Shown here: positions 1-9,054 of the stretch, piece by piece | How the letters are laid out: each line of letters opens with the position of its first letter | Numbering within the stretch: the first letter of the stretch is position 1 | Virus record (IMG/VR): IMGVR_UViG_3300034069_002177 | Coordinates: 96,001-160,000 of that record | DNA from: a virus | Lineage: Duplodnaviria > Caudoviricetes | Strand: one strand, 5' to 3' | DNA length: 64,000 bases | Notes under the pieces: model-generated | What the model saw: the letters and a program-made list of their open reading frames with translations, nothing else | Told to the model about the DNA's origin: nothing | Databases searched by the model: none | Translations under genes and position numbers: made by a program

Positions 1-2
1 GT

Positions 3-80
3 GGCGCAATCGTAAAGTCGAATGGCAAGCCTTGTGTTCTTCGTGCAGGGCACGGAGGTAATCACCGATCTCGTATCTAG
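3..80 (+). CDS. 3' end of a truncated CDS ending in a C-x7-GxPC-x-L-x2-GH-x-GNHR motif
   Basis: The frame starting at base 3 reads GAIVKSNGKPCVLRAGHGGNHRSRI*, which matches the C-terminus of ORF 5146-5580. Confidence 0.7.
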   Translation, partial: GAIVKSNGKPCVLRAGHGGNHRSRI

Positions 81-1438
81 GCGGCTACAGGCTGCGCCGT
101 AACGCCATTAGCATGGTTAGACACCCACGAGTCCATAGCGTCTTTCAAAGCCGTCCTGATTGATTCCTCGGTACTCTCAGAGGGTTTGATGGCTAGTGCT
201 GCTGTATTGAGGAACATCATTAGCTCATCGACGCTACTACGAGCTTCGACCCATTTCTGCAAGTCGTGGGGGATGGTAATAACGATTCGGTTATCGTCTA
301 CGGGCTTTTTCAAAGACTCCCGCGCAATCTCCGTTACTCGTTCCCAGAAACTTTCATTCTGACGAGTGGAACCGGAAGGTGCCTTGGTGAATGAGACCAT
401 CGTCTTGTTTTTGAGAGCGGTTTCATAGTCAAGCCAATGACGAATTACTTTGGGCAGCTTCTCTATTTCTTCGACCTCGCCTGTCTTCTTGTCTTGGATG
501 CCGAACTCCAAATTTCCCAATCGAACGATTTCTTGATTCTTAGCCAATGGTATGAAGAACTTAGACAGCTTGGGGTTGGCATTGATGAGCCGAAGGATGT
601 CATGAGGGTTACGAACGTTGCCGTTGCCATCATCGTCGAGGTCACCATTTTCCTTGAACCACCCATTGTTGAACAGCGAACGAGGGAAACCGTGTTTGTA
701 GGACTTGGTGAGGTAGCCGCTGACGACATTAGGGTCAAAAATTTCTTGCGCGGATATACCATTCTTACGGGTGGGGCGGGGGAGCTTTTCTGCTACGTGT
801 GTGTCAATCCAGCATCTTGCAAAGATATCTTCGACCTTCTTCATAGTGATTGCGGGGACACGAGCGCTGTACAGAATTACGATATTGCTGTGTGGGTTGA
901 TACCAGATTCGGTGTAGCTGATTTCTGGCATGTGGATAACGCCCGCAATGCTCAGGCGCGTCTTCTCGGCTTGGTTGAGCTTAGAAAGGAACTTAGAGTA
1001 TGCCTTGCCTTGTACCTTGATGAGTTCTTCATGGTCGAGGCGAGCGGCGCTACGGCTGGTAGCGACGATGAGTTGTGCTCGACCACCTTCCGCTTGCGTA
1101 TTCCTGATTAGAGCCTCTACCTGTCGCTCAGCGCGCATACCGTGCATCTGACCACAGTTGGGGCATGAAGAACGACCACACACGGACAGCTTGGAAAAGT
1201 TGGAACTGATGATCTCGCCGGAGGCAGAAAGTGTCACGGTCTGGTCCGAAGTGTTGCCGTTTGAATAACGCTGACAATTACGAATGCGGGTAGAGCTACT
1301 GATTCGTCTCAGAACTTTTCTGGACGCGCTAATCTCGCGCCTGTAATCGGCAAAGGCTACTTTTGGTAGCGAAAGTTGAATGCTCTCGTCCTGAGAATCC
1401 TCGGGTGTGGATGAAGATGTCATCGTTCTGTCGAGCAC
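77..1438 (-). CDS. Rolling-circle Rep-like HUH protein with an altered HUH motif
   Basis: RIRNCQ...CGRSSCPNC Cys cluster, EISYTESGINPHSNIVI (motif-2-like) and SGYLTK (motif-3 YxxK), in the order found in pC194/pIJ101-type Rep proteins. Confidence 0.6.
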   Translation of the reverse strand: MLDRTMTSSSTPEDSQDESIQLSLPKVAFADYRREISASRKVLRRISSSTRIRNCQRYSNGNTSDQTVTLSASGEIISSNFSKLSVCGRSSCPNCGQMHGMRAERQVEALIRNTQAEGGRAQLIVATSRSAARLDHEELIKVQGKAYSKFLSKLNQAEKTRLSIAGVIHMPEISYTESGINPHSNIVILYSARVPAITMKKVEDIFARCWIDTHVAEKLPRPTRKNGISAQEIFDPNVVSGYLTKSYKHGFPRSLFNNGWFKENGDLDDDGNGNVRNPHDILRLINANPKLSKFFIPLAKNQEIVRLGNLEFGIQDKKTGEVEEIEKLPKVIRHWLDYETALKNKTMVSFTKAPSGSTRQNESFWERVTEIARESLKKPVDDNRIVITIPHDLQKWVEARSSVDELMMFLNTAALAIKPSESTEESIRTALKDAMDSWVSNHANGVTAQPVAA

Positions 1439-1582
1439 TCCCTTCGTAATCTGGTGTCGAAAACTAACCGTGGTTGGCGCTCTAAGCGACCTGTAACACG
1501 TTCGCCTTACGGTATCACCGAGAAGTCATTTCCGCTAGTTGATTTTCGTCCGAGTTTGGATGATTTTTCGGTCGTACCTGTG

Positions 1583-3103
1583 CTACGAAGACTGCTTTGT
1601 GAGACGGGTCTGAGCGAACTCGCGTTTTTCTTCGATGCTTTCCAGATCATCGAACGATTTAAGAACCGCTTGCTTGTCTTCTTGGCTCATTTCGGGAGTG
1701 AGAGACTCTTGGACCATCGACCACACCTTCCATTCAGGGGCTTTACCGGCAGATTCTACGTTCTTAACAGTGGGGCGAATGATAGAGGTCTGCTTGTCAT
1801 CATTGTAGGTACTGTGCTCTTTGATGGTGAGCTTGCTGATGTCGATAACTCCGCCTTCCCACACCTCCGGGGGATTGCTGGCACCCCATTTAATCAGATG
1901 GTTGTCTTCGTCTCGGAAAATCATTGTCGTTTTGTCACCGTAGTCGGTGGGATACGTTGCTCGGAACTCCAAAGTAAGCTTCATAGGCTTGATTATTTTG
2001 TCTCCCGGAGTACCAATCCATTCCTGATTGACTGGCGGCTTGCCTTCCTTGGCAATATCGGATGGCTTGTTGTTCTCGCGGTACCATGCAGAAACTGCGG
2101 AGGCAGCTATACCGACATGGCGTGCCTTTACCAACTCCATGTCCGTGTTGTTACCAGAACCAAAGACTGATTTGAGATTATCGATGTAGTCGCTACCGTT
2201 GTTTGAAGTGCTACGGACGTAAGCGATAACATCATCGACCTTTGCGGCGTCATACTTTTTGTCTTTTTCGCTCAGGGCGAGACTGACCTCATCAGCGGTC
2301 GCTTTGGTTGCCATCGTGCTGTTGGCGCGACTGATGTAATTGGCTCCATCATTGGTGAGGTTTAGAGCGACCCCGACAACATCACGAAGAGAGTAAGAAA
2401 CTCCCGAATTGCTTCCAAGTGAGGAAGATTCTAGGTCCGAAAGACTGTCTTCAATTTTAGTGTCATTGAGAGTCCAGAGACCTTCGGGTCGAACACCCAT
2501 GAACAATTGCAAGCAGTTGGATCCGATTTGCTTGGTATCACCCTCAGGGTTGGTCACGGTGTAGATCCGTTCGCGGCGGCGGTTGGTGTGGCATTGGTCG
2601 CAGTGTGCGTCTTCAGGAACTTCGAAGTCTGCACCCTTGCCGTAGTAGCTGAGCACATCACCAGCAGGAGTGAATTCGTGTGTAGCGGTGAAGGTCCACT
2701 CGCCGTTGGAAATCGTTGGCTTATTGAGAGTGGCTACGATAACCTCTCGCGAGGTACCATCATTCTCATTGTGAATCACTTTGGATTCGAAACCGTACTC
2801 GAATCGATCTTCGACACCAGCACGTTCAAGTCGATTATTTGCCATCTTGATAATGTGCTCGAACTTAGCCGAGTTATCTGCGGTGATCGTGTACTCCTGT
2901 ACAGGAAGACTTGCTCTATCAAGGTTTTCACCATCCGCGTCAAATGTTTGTTCTAGAACAGCTTCGGCAGCGCGGGGAGGGGTGGCGCTTTTGATACGGT
3001 TCTTGATGTCTTTCATGTTTGGCTTATCCGTGCTGCGGTGCACGGTGGTTGCCTTACCGTTTTTGTCAACGATAGGTGTGGGAACACGATTGGCGATAGA
3101 CAT
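1583..3103 (-). CDS. DKNG-tag protein with a Zn-binding module and a probable C-terminal OB fold
   Basis: N-terminus PTPIVDKNGKATTVHR; CDQCHTNRRR...QIGSNCL; C-terminal WIGTPGDK...YG...FRDE...WGAS. Confidence 0.75.
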   Translation of the reverse strand: MSIANRVPTPIVDKNGKATTVHRSTDKPNMKDIKNRIKSATPPRAAEAVLEQTFDADGENLDRASLPVQEYTITADNSAKFEHIIKMANNRLERAGVEDRFEYGFESKVIHNENDGTSREVIVATLNKPTISNGEWTFTATHEFTPAGDVLSYYGKGADFEVPEDAHCDQCHTNRRRERIYTVTNPEGDTKQIGSNCLQLFMGVRPEGLWTLNDTKIEDSLSDLESSSLGSNSGVSYSLRDVVGVALNLTNDGANYISRANSTMATKATADEVSLALSEKDKKYDAAKVDDVIAYVRSTSNNGSDYIDNLKSVFGSGNNTDMELVKARHVGIAASAVSAWYRENNKPSDIAKEGKPPVNQEWIGTPGDKIIKPMKLTLEFRATYPTDYGDKTTMIFRDEDNHLIKWGASNPPEVWEGGVIDISKLTIKEHSTYNDDKQTSIIRPTVKNVESAGKAPEWKVWSMVQESLTPEMSQEDKQAVLKSFDDLESIEEKREFAQTRLTKQSS

Positions 3104-3151
3104 AAGTGAGTCCTCCTAGGAATACCTCTAGGTTACTCCGTACTAGCGACA

Positions 3152-3757
3152 TCAGACCGCGTTGGATGCAAGACCGTTGAGTTCTGTTTTCAAAGTCAAA
3201 GTAATGTCGCTGAGCGCCACGTTCTGGCAATTCGCTGATGCGGCAATGAGAGCTAGGGAGGTAGTAGTGATGACTACCGCGTATTCGTATTCAGTAGATC
3301 CTAGTATGGTCGGATTGGCGAATTCTTTCACTTCTGTACCGACGAGGAAGGGAAGAACGCTTCCATTGATGAATGATTGAATATAGCGGGCGAAAGGCTC
3401 TGGTTCGATATCAGCAAGTCTTGCTATTGCTGGTGCGTTATGAACAATGAGACGTTTCGTTTCGTTCCAGACATCCATCTTGAAGTCATTGTGGGATTCA
3501 AAAGAACCGACAATACGTGTGCATAGCTTCACGCATGATGCGGCTAATACTCCCCACGGCATGACTTTGGTAACGAGACCGATGTTTGTTTGCACCATGT
3601 CGGAATAGCCCATGACATCGTATTCGATGTGCCCTTTGTCATCAGCGCAATGCAATACCAACTCGGCTAGACCCACAGCGGTACCATACGTCAACTCATT
3701 GACGGGGATACCCTCGGGCTTGGCGGACGGTGTGCCCGTGCCGGTTACCTGCTGCAT
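3152..3757 (-). CDS. Hypothetical protein
   Basis: 201-aa ORF co-oriented with its neighbours; no motif recognised. Confidence 0.65.
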   Translation of the reverse strand: MQQVTGTGTPSAKPEGIPVNELTYGTAVGLAELVLHCADDKGHIEYDVMGYSDMVQTNIGLVTKVMPWGVLAASCVKLCTRIVGSFESHNDFKMDVWNETKRLIVHNAPAIARLADIEPEPFARYIQSFINGSVLPFLVGTEVKEFANPTILGSTEYEYAVVITTTSLALIAASANCQNVALSDITLTLKTELNGLASNAV

Positions 3758-3860
3758 ATATGGAGGCTACACGAAACGGGCGGCGGCTGTCACAAAACAC
3801 AAAATCACCCAATGCGAGGAGAGAGCGCATTGGGTGATTTTGAGTATTCAGTTGTTAAAT

Positions 3861-4982
3861 TTATGCGGCGAGCTTCGGACGACCGACGCTACCACGACGC
3901 CAGTTCGGGAGTGCCTTGTCGAGCTTTGCCACCTTGTCAGACGACAGCTTGCCGTCCTTCAGGTACTTGCGGTTGCGAGTGATCCAGAATCCCATACGAC
4001 GAACGTCAGGGTCTTCCGAGGTCGTGGCGGGGAATGAACCGTTCTGCTTGTAGTATTCGGCAGAAGACACCAGAGTGTCTTCCCACGAAGAAACGTTCGT
4101 CGGAGCCTTGATGTCCGCCCAGTTGGGGAGCGTCGAGGTGAATTCCTCCGTACGGCTTTCGAGTTCGCCTGCCGCAGCCTTGCGCTTCTGCTCGAAGAAC
4201 CAGCGGGCGAGACGACGCTCGTCATCCTTTTCGGAGTTGACGGACGGAGCGTACTCGTTCTTCTCGAAGAATGCCTTGACGGCGGCGAGGTTGCGGCTCC
4301 ACTTGCCGTCGTTACGAGACAGGTCGTTCCATGCAGGAACAGCCTTGTTGAGGCTGGCGGCACGTTCCTCGGTCATCTGACCCTTTCGGAACATACGACG
4401 CTGGTTGTTGAGCCAAGCAGCGAGGCGACGCTCTTCGTCGGACTCACACTCGAAGACCGGCTTGAAGCCGTTGTTATCGAGGAACTTGACGAGAAGTGCG
4501 AGGTTCTCGTCCCATGTCGGGTAGTGCGAGGCACGCGTCTGCTTCTCACGCTGCCACTCGTTCCAGCCCGGAATCTTTTCGTCGAGGATGGCAATGGAAT
4601 CGAGAGAGGCTTCGCCGCGACGAGCCTGCGCCTTCTGGTTCGACATCCAGATGGCGAGTTTTCGCTCATCGTCATCATCAGACGATGAGACCGGAGTGCG
4701 GTCGCTCTTGGCGACGAATTCGAGATAGGCGGCGAGGTTGGTTCCGAAGCGGTCCGTCCGGCTACTCGTCTCGCGCCAGTGGGGAAGCTTTGCGTCGAGA
4801 AGGGCTGCACGGTCATCACGCATGTTGCCGGAGCGAAGTCGAACTCGCTGCATCGTGAACCACGACGCCAGGGTTGCTTCCTCGGGAATGGTGGATGACG
4901 GGTTGCGCCCGTTCTTATTGTAGAAATCGCTAACCTCAGCAAGACGATCCTGCCAAAGGTTTTCGCGCTCTTCGTTGTTCAT
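3861..4982 (-). CDS. Stand-alone protein of five helicase-associated (HA)-like repeats
   Basis: Five repeats of about 62 aa each, of the form W..nL....F....g..P......Er.La.W...Qr.....G.m...r...Ld...P.W; no helicase motifs. Confidence 0.85.
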   Translation of the reverse strand: MNNEERENLWQDRLAEVSDFYNKNGRNPSSTIPEEATLASWFTMQRVRLRSGNMRDDRAALLDAKLPHWRETSSRTDRFGTNLAAYLEFVAKSDRTPVSSSDDDDERKLAIWMSNQKAQARRGEASLDSIAILDEKIPGWNEWQREKQTRASHYPTWDENLALLVKFLDNNGFKPVFECESDEERRLAAWLNNQRRMFRKGQMTEERAASLNKAVPAWNDLSRNDGKWSRNLAAVKAFFEKNEYAPSVNSEKDDERRLARWFFEQKRKAAAGELESRTEEFTSTLPNWADIKAPTNVSSWEDTLVSSAEYYKQNGSFPATTSEDPDVRRMGFWITRNRKYLKDGKLSSDKVAKLDKALPNWRRGSVGRPKLAA

Positions 4983-5091
4983 GTGGTTTCTCCTATTTTT
5001 GTGTAGCTTGCGACTGAGCCTACACTAAAAGTGTGAGATGCGCAAGTTATCAGAAAGGTGGCGTTTATGACAAGTTTCTGACGTAGGAGCT

Positions 5092-5121
5092 ACGATACAA
5101 GAAGAATCGCGGTTTTGTCAA
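5092..5121 (-). promoter_or_regulatory. SigA-like promoter for the HA-repeat gene
   Basis: Minus strand reads TTGACA-18 nt-TATCGT. Confidence 0.55.
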
Positions 5122-5145
5122 GTCCCCTATTTCTGGGGACACAAA

Positions 5146-5580
5146 TTAACGAGTTCTGTGGTTGCCCGAGTGACCGCTTTTGAGGATGCAAGGGGCACCA
5201 ACACTGTCTACCATAGTGTTGCAGACAGACTTCTCAGTCGCAACGCCCCTGGTAGAGAAGGTAGGAAGCACAGTCTTGATATCAGGCTGCAAGAACTCAG
5301 GGGTTTCCATTGCCGCTTCAAGGCTATCGAAACTTTCTGAGTTGAATTCCCCCGAAGAATTCAAGCGACCCGACTGGTACTTGGCATTGAATTCGGAGGG
5401 GTGACGCGTTACAACGACATTGTACTGCATATCAGGAGAGTAGCTGAGACCAACTACCCGGTCGTCAACAACATCAGCCGTCTCGTAGAGGTACCGCTGT
5501 AACGCGGACCTTCTATTAGCAGGACAAGTGGTGCGGAGGTAGAATTCGGTATCGACATCGGTAAGAGTTGCGGTGGACAT
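5146..5580 (-). CDS. Hypothetical protein with a C-terminal CCHH motif
   Basis: Ends CNTMVDSVGAPCILKSGHSGNHRTR*. Confidence 0.75.
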   Translation of the reverse strand: MSTATLTDVDTEFYLRTTCPANRRSALQRYLYETADVVDDRVVGLSYSPDMQYNVVVTRHPSEFNAKYQSGRLNSSGEFNSESFDSLEAAMETPEFLQPDIKTVLPTFSTRGVATEKSVCNTMVDSVGAPCILKSGHSGNHRTR

Positions 5581-5697
5581 GTTTGCATTCCTTCCCTATT
5601 GGGGTATGGACAACTACCGTATTAGGATAACACTCTTAAAGGCTGAAATTGCGCAATCCGCTATTTGCTGGTAGGGTTGAGATGAATCGAGGTTGAG

Positions 5698-6468
5698 ATG
5701 ACAACGCATTATGACACCCTAGGCGTTAGCCGTATGGCTACCAGCGCCGAGATTCGTAGCGCCTACCGTCACGAAATGCGTCTTCACCACCCCGACATGT
5801 CCAACAGCAATGGTGACCGCGCTGCTCAGATTACTCTTGCCTATGCTGTTCTTTCGGATGCAGCTAAGAAACGTTCTTACGATTACGATTTAGAGCGAAC
5901 ATCCCCCTACGCGCCCACCGTGTCAAATGCCAAGGCACCAGCTAGCCACCAGTACACAAGCGCCTCTACTAGCACAGCTAGTGCACCAAAGCGCACCGAT
6001 CCCGTCACTAATGTCGCGCCGCCGATGGAGTTTCATGATGCTACTCCGCCCAGTAAGCGCAAAAACAACAAGCGGGCTTCATTCTTTACTCGTGCATGGT
6101 CAACTATCGGCGGCAAGATAGCGTTGTCACTGACAATAGCTGGATTTATCACTTGGGTTGCATCTGCAAGTATCAGCCTCAGTTCACTTGCAGGCACTCC
6201 TGTCGGGTTATCTGGTCTCGTCTCCGGCATTCTCATTCTGACCGTACTGGTTTTCATCATCAACCCAGTACGACACCCGTGGCTATCAATAGTGATTTTC
6301 GCTCTTGCGTTGGCTATCCCAATCGATCACATTAACAAAAGTGATGTCCTGCCCAACTTCCTTGAAGGACTCAGTGACAAGACGACAATCGCAATTACCA
6401 TCACATATCTCGCAGCCCTGGGGACCAGGCTGTTCTTCGGACAGACTCGCCAAATCGCCAAGCGATAG
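5698..6468 (+). CDS. J-domain (DnaJ-like) membrane protein
   Basis: THYDTLGV...EIRSAYR......HHPD (HPD motif); four hydrophobic helices in the C-terminal half. Confidence 0.9.
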   Translation: MTTHYDTLGVSRMATSAEIRSAYRHEMRLHHPDMSNSNGDRAAQITLAYAVLSDAAKKRSYDYDLERTSPYAPTVSNAKAPASHQYTSASTSTASAPKRTDPVTNVAPPMEFHDATPPSKRKNNKRASFFTRAWSTIGGKIALSLTIAGFITWVASASISLSSLAGTPVGLSGLVSGILILTVLVFIINPVRHPWLSIVIFALALAIPIDHINKSDVLPNFLEGLSDKTTIAITITYLAALGTRLFFGQTRQIAKR

Positions 6469-6511
6469 AAGTTACTTGCCCTAGAATGGTCTTCCACAGG
6501 AAGGCTATGGC

Positions 6512-7060
6512 TTGTCAAAATCAAGGCACATAACCATCAACAACGTCTCCTTTGTAGTTGGTAGGACCATCGTCATTGCCTTCTTAGTGGGCGCATTTAC
6601 GTTATTCGCAGCTACATTTTTCGTACCCCGTTTCATTTTTCACGCCCAGAACTATGTTGTCGTATCCGGGTCAATGGTTCCTGAAATCAATATCGGTGAT
6701 ATCGTGATATCGGATACACATTACGATCCAGCGACCATCAAAGATGGCGACGTGGTGACCTATCTGACGAACGACCCCGATAACCCTTATGCTAATTCCA
6801 CTATTGTCCATCGAGTGATTAGCGCCCAGCATAACCAAGACGGAACGAAATACAAGTTCGTCACCAAGGGTGATGCAAACCTATCCTCAGATATACCGAT
6901 TACAGAACTCGATATCACAGGGAAAGTGCTGTACAAAGTTCCGTACATTGGACTCGTGACAAATTCAGCCTACTCCGGTGACATCCTGCTATTCATCGGG
7001 CTACTAATGGTAATGTTCGGGATAAGGCACGCTGAGCAAAGGAAAAGGCGCAAGAAATGA
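6512..7060 (+). CDS. Signal peptidase I, SipW/archaeal-ER type (S26)
   Basis: VVSGSMVP (catalytic Ser), IVHRV (His) and TKGDAN; N- and C-terminal TM helices. Confidence 0.9.
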   Translation: MSKSRHITINNVSFVVGRTIVIAFLVGAFTLFAATFFVPRFIFHAQNYVVVSGSMVPEINIGDIVISDTHYDPATIKDGDVVTYLTNDPDNPYANSTIVHRVISAQHNQDGTKYKFVTKGDANLSSDIPITELDITGKVLYKVPYIGLVTNSAYSGDILLFIGLLMVMFGIRHAEQRKRRKK

Positions 7061-7158
7061 GAATGAGCAACAGGAAAAGACGAATCTTGGTAGGTGTCGT
7101 CGCAGCTATTGCAGGTGCCACGATGCTCGCCGGTACTTTGTCAACTTTTGTCCAATAG
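7057..7158 (+). CDS. 33-aa signal-peptide-like micropeptide, not in the ORF track
   Basis: ATG overlaps the peptidase TGA (ATGA at 7057-7060); MRMSNRKRRILVGVVAAIAGATMLAGTLSTFVQ*. Confidence 0.6.
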   Translation: MRMSNRKRRILVGVVAAIAGATMLAGTLSTFVQ

Positions 7159-7210
7159 CGAATCTTTCGCCACAATCGGCTGATAGGCTGCCATCAACAC
7201 AAGGAGAATC

Positions 7211-7720
7211 ATGACCAACGATTGGTATGCACTAGACACTATCTCGGAGACCGGATTTTATGCCGTCGTCGTCACTGCGCCTGAGGCTCTCGTACCCATC
7301 GCTTCCGGTTATGCCAAGACTATCTCGGCGGGGCTGCATAGTAGGTTCTCCGACCGTATTTACCTTGGAGTGAGGCTGGCTCAGGAAGGTAGCGGAGCGG
7401 AGGGCGAGATTACCCCTGCCGAAGCTGATATCGTGACCAACTGGGTTGAAGGTGTCAAGCGACCACGTAGGTCTGGTAACAAGCCTCCCAAAAGCGCCAT
7501 CATCTACGTTGAACGTTTCGACAGACTCCCGGAAGAACTGGTAACTCTACTTACTCAGGAAAGTGGTGGCGATTTGAATGTTATCCTTGTAGGAGCAGTA
7601 GACGTATCCACCCCTCCTAGCCCTGATTCACTTGCTCCTTTTGACGCGGTGCGCATCATCAATATTCCTTCCGAAGATGGCGACATCATTTCCACTGCTG
7701 AGGTTCAGCGAAAGGCTTAA
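7211..7720 (+). CDS. Hypothetical protein, possibly a degenerate P-loop fold
   Basis: AAGGAG RBS; AIIYVERFD resembles a Walker B motif, but there is no Walker A. Confidence 0.6.
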   Translation: MTNDWYALDTISETGFYAVVVTAPEALVPIASGYAKTISAGLHSRFSDRIYLGVRLAQEGSGAEGEITPAEADIVTNWVEGVKRPRRSGNKPPKSAIIYVERFDRLPEELVTLLTQESGGDLNVILVGAVDVSTPPSPDSLAPFDAVRIINIPSEDGDIISTAEVQRKA

Positions 7721-7757
7721 TCGCTACATCTAGCAAGAACTAAAGAAGGGCAAGGCG

Positions 7758-8027
7758 TTGAATACAGTCACTGACAGTGCCGCCGATGCCACCGTTTGGT
7801 CGGAGTCGGCAGGAATGATGGTGGACTTAGGTGGTCTACTCATCATTATGCTAGGTATCTATCTGCTAGCCAAGGGCGCGTTTCTCTTTTCCGCCGAGAA
7901 ACGTCATGACAAGAATTTCATTGAAGAATACGGGTCTAAGAAGCGAACACCGTTCTTCTTTTTGACGTTTGGCGTAGCGCTTATCGTGTCAGGAATCATC
8001 GTCGTTTTCGTTCCTTTTACAAGCTAA
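7758..8027 (+). CDS. Small two-TM membrane protein
   Basis: Two hydrophobic stretches separated by a basic loop. Confidence 0.7.
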   Translation: MNTVTDSAADATVWSESAGMMVDLGGLLIIMLGIYLLAKGAFLFSAEKRHDKNFIEEYGSKKRTPFFFLTFGVALIVSGIIVVFVPFTS

Positions 8028-8177
8028 CCAGCTAACTACCAAACTAGCAGATTGTGACTTTTTAGCAATACATCGCAAACCGTTTACGGTGTCATTTGGT
8101 TGTGACAAGATAGACCTCACAACAAAGCCGAGGGGTAATACCGCTCTCGGCTCCCACGAAAGTTCTAAGGAGAGTTT

Positions 8178-8447
8178 ATGAGTTTGGTACTAGATAAGAT
8201 TGCAGAAGTTAAGGTGATTACTCGTCCGAGTTGCCAGCCTTGTAAAGCGACTATTCGTAAGTTCGGCTCATATGATCTCACCATCATCGACAGCGCAATC
8301 GAACGTGAAGAAGCCCTCGCTCTCGCCGCCGAGGTTGGTTACTTGGCAGCACCTATCGTAGTCGTTTACGCCGAGGATGGAACGATCATTGATCACTGGA
8401 CAGGATTCAACCCTGACCGTATCAATGCCGTTGTCGGTGCTAACTAG
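8178..8447 (+). CDS. nrdH: NrdH-like glutaredoxin
   Basis: TRPSCQPCKAT (CxxC), APIVVV and DHWTGFNPDRI; AAGGAG RBS. Confidence 0.9.
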   Translation: MSLVLDKIAEVKVITRPSCQPCKATIRKFGSYDLTIIDSAIEREEALALAAEVGYLAAPIVVVYAEDGTIIDHWTGFNPDRINAVVGAN

Positions 8448-8543
8448 GAGGTGATCCCTGTATCTCGGTTGCGGGTTTAGTAGTACCTGCGATAAACAGG
8501 GAAGCACAGCTAGACCCGCAACTGTCAGGGTTCACCTTCTAGT
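8443..8543 (+). ncRNA. Candidate rod-shaped structured RNA of about 100 nt
   Basis: 8443-8460 pairs with 8526-8543 (one G-U, one mismatch); 8468-8480 pairs with 8510-8522 (one G-U); apical CCTG/CAGG hairpin. Strand assumed. Confidence 0.55.
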
Positions 8544-8574
8544 CCACGATTCACCACTCATATAGGAGTAATAA

Positions 8575-9054
8575 TTGCCAAGACGACCAATTGCACAACC
8601 ACATTCCGTATCGCGCCGCGAACATCTGAAAATGGAACAGATAGGACTGAAAAGGTCTTTCCAATCAGGCGGGCGAAATCTGACGGAGGTTGAGTATGTC
8701 GGCTTGCACACTTTCCGCAAAATGCTTGCCAACCGTAACAAGAACCTCGGTGTTGCTGGTAGGCAGGTTTTGCGTGAACAAGCGGAGAGAAGCCGCAGTT
8801 TTGGAATTACGGAATTCGATTGCGCTGCTTGGTATGTTCTTTTCGGCGGTAATGAAACTCGCTACGAGAACGTACTTAATTCCGATATCGCGTTGATTCC
8901 TTTCGTAAAGTACCAGTCTGCTGGCGTCATGGATGACGACATCATTATCGAGTCACTCATCATCGGTCGTTCTGTTGAAGATGCCATTGCTGAGTTCAAA
9001 AAGCAGCACAACATCGTTCAGGATGAAGATTTCCTTTACGCCGAAACTGCTTGA
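8575..9054 (+). CDS. Hypothetical protein
   Basis: AGGAG RBS before a TTG start; 159 aa. Confidence 0.7.
   Translation: MPRRPIAQPHSVSRREHLKMEQIGLKRSFQSGGRNLTEVEYVGLHTFRKMLANRNKNLGVAGRQVLREQAERSRSFGITEFDCAAWYVLFGGNETRYENVLNSDIALIPFVKYQSAGVMDDDIIIESLIIGRSVEDAIAEFKKQHNIVQDEDFLYAETA

Noticed and set aside
1510-1520. Other 8-9 nt spacer matches (near 1511, 11092, 15423, 23367, 27217, 39274)
   Set aside because: They are short, mostly inside ORFs and at the level expected by chance in 64 kb.
437-2170. Plus-strand ORFs 437-1111 and 1454-2170 and similar overlapping ORFs throughout the track
   Set aside because: They overlap better-supported genes on the opposite strand or in another frame and lack recognisable features.
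5344-5354. GAATTCCCCCG, resembling the start of CRISPR repeat 2
   Set aside because: No matching hairpin arm or second repeat; it lies inside a CDS.
8455-8466. 12-nt complementarity to the terminator at 48963-48974
   Set aside because: Many 12-mer coincidences are expected between arbitrary sites in 64 kb.
8493-8525. Canonical cobalamin, TPP or SRP RNA call
   Set aside because: Only 10 nt separate the GGGAAG and CCCGCAACTGT blocks, so there is no room for the P4/P5 arms. The SRP and TPP cores are incomplete. Kept only as an unclassified RNA.
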